From Candidatus Bathyarchaeota archaeon (GTDB taxonomy: Archaea > Thermoproteota > Bathyarchaeia > Bathyarchaeales > Bathycorpusculaceae), in contig OY970176.1 in the NCBI GenBank assembly GCA_963707955.1, forward strand, positions 896,001 to 960,000: 64,000 nucleotides of DNA. The letters are read 5' to 3'. The notes under the pieces are model-generated. The model saw only the letters and a list, made by a program, of their open reading frames with translations, had not been told where the DNA came from and searched no databases. Shown piece after piece: positions 60,509-64,000 of this stretch. Each line of letters opens with the position of its first letter. Position 1 is the first letter of the stretch. The translations under genes and the position numbers were made by a program.

Positions 60509-61153
60509 ATGATTAAGGCCGTACTATTTGACATGGACGGAGTGATAGCAGAAACTGAACACGTTCACGTCGAAGCGGAGAAGCAGACCTTGCTGAAGTA
60601 CGGCGTTCAAATCACTGAGGATGAACTGCACCGGTACACGGGAACGACGGCCAAGCAGATGTTCATGGAACTGATCGCAAAGTACAAGCTTGACACAACC
60701 TTCGAGCAAATATTCAATGAGAAAGAAGAGATCATGTTCAAACTTCTGGAAATGGACGCTCAGCCAGTAAAGGGAGTCATCGAGTTAATCTGTGAGCTGA
60801 AAAAGAAGCATGTGAAGTTGGCAGTGGCTTCGAGTTCGCACAGGAGACTGGTTCAGTACGTCTTGAGAAAGTTGGAGATAACTCGGCTTTTTGATTCAAT
60901 AATCAGCGCGGAAGATGTTGCACACGGCAAACCTGACCCAGAGATATTCTTGATGTCGGCAAAGAGGTTGAAGGTGAGTCCGGCTGAATGTTTGGTGGTC
61001 GAGGATGCAAGGCTGGGCGTTGAAGCCGCGAAAGAGGCGGGGATGAAATGCCTAGGCTACAGAAACCCGCACAGCGGAAATCAAGACTTGTCAAAAGCGG
61101 ACATAGTGACTGACGACTTCTCCAGCCTGGACGTTCAGAAACTGCTTTCATGA
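60509..61153 (+). CDS. HAD-family phosphatase
   Basis: FDMDGV, ASSS, GKPDP, VEDA..G. Confidence 0.9.
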   Translation: MIKAVLFDMDGVIAETEHVHVEAEKQTLLKYGVQITEDELHRYTGTTAKQMFMELIAKYKLDTTFEQIFNEKEEIMFKLLEMDAQPVKGVIELICELKKKHVKLAVASSSHRRLVQYVLRKLEITRLFDSIISAEDVAHGKPDPEIFLMSAKRLKVSPAECLVVEDARLGVEAAKEAGMKCLGYRNPHSGNQDLSKADIVTDDFSSLDVQKLLS

Positions 61154-61177
61154 ACACGCGATTGGAGTCAGAGGCAA

Positions 61178-62042
61178 ATGACAGAAAGACTCACGAAGGT
61201 TGAGTTCAGCAACTTGGACAAGATCCTGTATCCTGAACTGAGGGTCACGAAAGCGCAGGTCATCGAATACTACATCAAGGTAGCTCCGAAAATGCTGAAT
61301 CTGCTGACAGGCAGACCGATAGTCATGACAAGGTTTCCTAACGGCATAGATAAGGAAGGGTTCTATGAGAAGGACGCTCCGCAGGGCACGCCGGCATGGG
61401 TGAAAACCTTCAAAAGATACTCTGAAACCGCAGAGCGAGAGATAAACTACGTACTCTGCAATGATCTTGACACGCTTCTCTGGTTGGCTAACCTCGCCTC
61501 CTTAGAAATTCACATGACACTTTCGAAAGCAGACTCTTTTGAAAACCCAGATCTCGTTGTGTTTGACCTAGACCCAAAACCTCCAGCGGATTATGATGAC
61601 GTCGTCGAGGTTGCTCTCCTGATAAAGGAAAGACTGGATGGCCTGAGCTTGAGGTCTTACGTAAAGACTTCTGGGAAGAAGGGACTCCACATTATCATGC
61701 CCATCGTTAAGGGCTACACTTTCCAGCAGGTCAGAGAATTCGTCCAAAAGATCGCAGCACATGTGGGAAAACAAACCGAGAAAGTCGTTGCTCAGCGTTC
61801 TAGGTCAGACATGCCTGGAAAGGTCTACTTAGACTATGTGCAGAACTCGCATGGAAGGACGATGATTTGCCCATACAGCACGAGAGACTACACCGCGGGC
61901 CACGGTGTCAACGCCGCTTGAATGGAGCGACGTTAAGAAAGGATTAAACCCAGAAGAATTCAACCTATTCAGTGTGGTTAAGGTTTCCAAGAGTCCTTGG
62001 GAAGGATTGTTGGAGAACAGACAGAAGTTGGAGGCGAGTTAA
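61178..62042 (+). CDS. NHEJ LigD primase-polymerase (stand-alone); frameshift near 61886
   Basis: SNLDKILYP, TRFPNG, LEIH, FDLDP, KTSGKKGLH, YLDYVQN, PYS.R. ATVSTPLEW continues in the next frame to TAA at 62040-62042. Confidence 0.88.
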
Positions 62043-62044
62043 TA

Positions 62045-62842
62045 ATGAGTGATGCAGAGAAAACCCGAGTGCGCAAAGAGTCTATCTGGAGTGGCACGGT
62101 TACGATAGGTCTGGTCAACGTGCCAGTTAGGTTGCAGACCATGATTTTTGACAAGAGCGTTACCTTCAAGTTCCTTCACAAGACGGATAATTCACCCCTG
62201 AAGTACGAGAAAATCTGCGTCAAAGAAGACAAAGTCGTGCCCTGGCAAGATGTCGTCAAAGGGTACGAGGTCAGAAAGGGCGAGTTCGTCGTATTCACCA
62301 ACGATGAGCTGAAGGCAGCCAGGCCTGAGTCTGACCAGAGGATTCGCATCGACAAGTTCATTGATTACTTTTCAATCGACCCTGTTTACTTTGACAGGTC
62401 ATACATCTTGACTCCTGACAAGAGCAACGATGCTTACAGCCTGCTTCTAACGGCTCTGGAGAAGATGGGCAAGGCGGGGGTTGGCAGAATAACGCTGAGG
62501 ACGAAGGAGTACCCAGTTCTGGTGCACCCTTACAAGGGCGTCCTGGTTTTGACTACTCTGCGTTACGCGTTTGAGGTTGCTGACCCTGGAAAACTGGAAG
62601 AGATCGGGAAACTTAGGGAACCTAAGAAAGAAGAGCTCGACTTGGCAAAGAAGATAGTCACTGACCTGTCAGGAGAATTTGACATAACCGAGTACAGAGA
62701 CACGTTCAAAGAGAAGATCGATGAATTGGTTCGGAAGAAGACGAAGGGTGAAACCATCACCGTTGAGAAGCCCGTGAAAGAGGAAGCCAAAGAACTGATG
62801 GTCGCTCTGCAAGAGACGCTTAAACAGCTGAAGAAGAAATGA
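62045..62842 (+). CDS. ku: Ku protein
   Basis: [48 protein letters not shown]. Confidence 0.93.
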   Translation: MSDAEKTRVRKESIWSGTVTIGLVNVPVRLQTMIFDKSVTFKFLHKTDNSPLKYEKICVKEDKVVPWQDVVKGYEVRKGEFVVFTNDELKAARPESDQRIRIDKFIDYFSIDPVYFDRSYILTPDKSNDAYSLLLTALEKMGKAGVGRITLRTKEYPVLVHPYKGVLVLTTLRYAFEVADPGKLEEIGKLREPKKEELDLAKKIVTDLSGEFDITEYRDTFKEKIDELVRKKTKGETITVEKPVKEEAKELMVALQETLKQLKKK

Positions 62843-64000
62843 ACAGGCACTACAAGCCGATGCTTGCAAAGTCCGCAGAAGCCCCGTTTAACTCAAAGGA
62901 CTGGATCTTTGAGGTAAAATGGGATGGAATCAGAGCAATCAGCTACGTCAACGATGATCTGAGCATAAGGAGCCGGAATGACAAGGAATTAAGGTACAAC
63001 TTTCCCGAGTTGGAAGAGCTCAAAGATCTTGCAATGAACGCTGTGCTTGACGGCGAAATCGTCGTCATGAAAGAAGGCAGCACGGACTTTCAAACACTCA
63101 TAGAAAGGAGCAAGGTGAGCTCACCACGGGACATTAAGTACATGTCTCGCGAATTTCCAGCGACTTATGTTGTTTTCGACATACTCGAAAACTATGGCAA
63201 ACCTCTCATCGACCTTCCCTTAATCGAGAGAAAAAACATTCTCAAGGAGACGTTGAAAGAAGGAAAGCACGTTATCATATCGTTGTTCGTTGAGGAAGAA
63301 GGCGAGATTTACTATCAGGAAGCCCTCAAGAAAGGCGTGGAGGGGATAATGGCAAAGAAAAAGGACAGTCCTTACACGCTTGGAGTGCGGAGCGACAACT
63401 GGCTGAAGATAAAGAAGCTGCTGTCCTGCGATTGCGTGATTTTCGGGTACACTGCAGGAGAAGGAAACAGAGAAGAAACATTTGGAGCCCTGATCCTGGG
63501 ACTGTATGAAAGGGACAAACCAGCGTACGTTGGCAAGGTGGGAACGGGCTTCTCACGGACCAGCATGAAACATCTGATGGAACTCTTCCGAAGATTGGAG
63601 ACAAGGGAGAAGACGCTTGAAGGAGTCGATACTCCCGAAAAGATCATTTGGCTCAAACCGGAGCTTGTGTGCGAAATTATCTATCAGGCTGTGACGAAGG
63701 ATGACAGGCTGCGCATGCCCAGGTTCCGCGTTCTCAGACCTGACAAGTCTCCGCTCGAATGCACCTCAGACCAGATAAGGCAGAATAGCCTTAGGAAATA
63801 CACTTCGAAAAGAAACTTCACTATCACGCCTGAACCAAACGTAGGCACGAAGGCTACGGAAGGACAGGTCTTCGTTGTGCAGGAACATCATGCTAGAAGA
63901 TTACACTACGACCTTCGCTTGGAAAAGGAAGGCGTCCTCAAGAGCTGGGCGGTTCCAAAAGGCATTCCGGAGAAAGTTGGCGACAAGAGACTCGCTGTTC
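62839..64000 (+). CDS. NHEJ ATP-dependent DNA ligase fused to a C-terminal LigD phosphoesterase domain (runs off the right edge)
   Basis: Manual translation: [49 protein letters not shown], then in frame [47 protein letters not shown] overlap with Ku. Confidence 0.9.
   Translation, partial: MNRHYKPMLAKSAEAPFNSKDWIFEVKWDGIRAISYVNDDLSIRSRNDKELRYNFPELEELKDLAMNAVLDGEIVVMKEGSTDFQTLIERSKVSSPRDIKYMSREFPATYVVFDILENYGKPLIDLPLIERKNILKETLKEGKHVIISLFVEEEGEIYYQEALKKGVEGIMAKKKDSPYTLGVRSDNWLKIKKLLSCDCVIFGYTAGEGNREETFGALILGLYERDKPAYVGKVGTGFSRTSMKHLMELFRRLETREKTLEGVDTPEKIIWLKPELVCEIIYQAVTKDDRLRMPRFRVLRPDKSPLECTSDQIRQNSLRKYTSKRNFTITPEPNVGTKATEGQVFVVQEHHARRLHYDLRLEKEGVLKSWAVPKGIPEKVGDKRLAV

Overview
Archaeal chromosomal window (tiaS, tsr3, archaeal alaS, nurA-herA-mre11-rad50; Bathyarchaeia-like by inference). 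The best candidate for an undescribed system is a 7-deazaguanine island at 1-11.8 kb. It has a DpdA-type transglycosylase running off the left edge (missing from the ORF track) and a preQ0 pathway (folE2/mptA-queD-queC-queE) led by an RHH/Cys-cluster regulator. It also has two more Zn-site TGT paralogues, each in a module with a P-loop ATPase and a winged-helix-like protein; one module adds a small nucleotidyltransferase and a PIN nuclease. The rest of the window holds an RNase J-like gene, a toxin-antitoxin-like pair, the end-resection operon, an accessory stretch (21-51 kb) and a housekeeping block ending in an NHEJ operon (Pol, Ku, Lig-PE fusion). The accessory stretch carries transporters, a TrmB-AhpD-ArsM locus, surface proteins, a two-component system, an orphan DNA methyltransferase and rfb genes, and its gene boundaries are often marked by (GC)n tracts. 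At least eight genes have single-base frameshifts, most likely long-read assembly indels. I saw no tRNA, rRNA, CRISPR array or integrase. All family calls come from reading motifs by eye, not from database searches.
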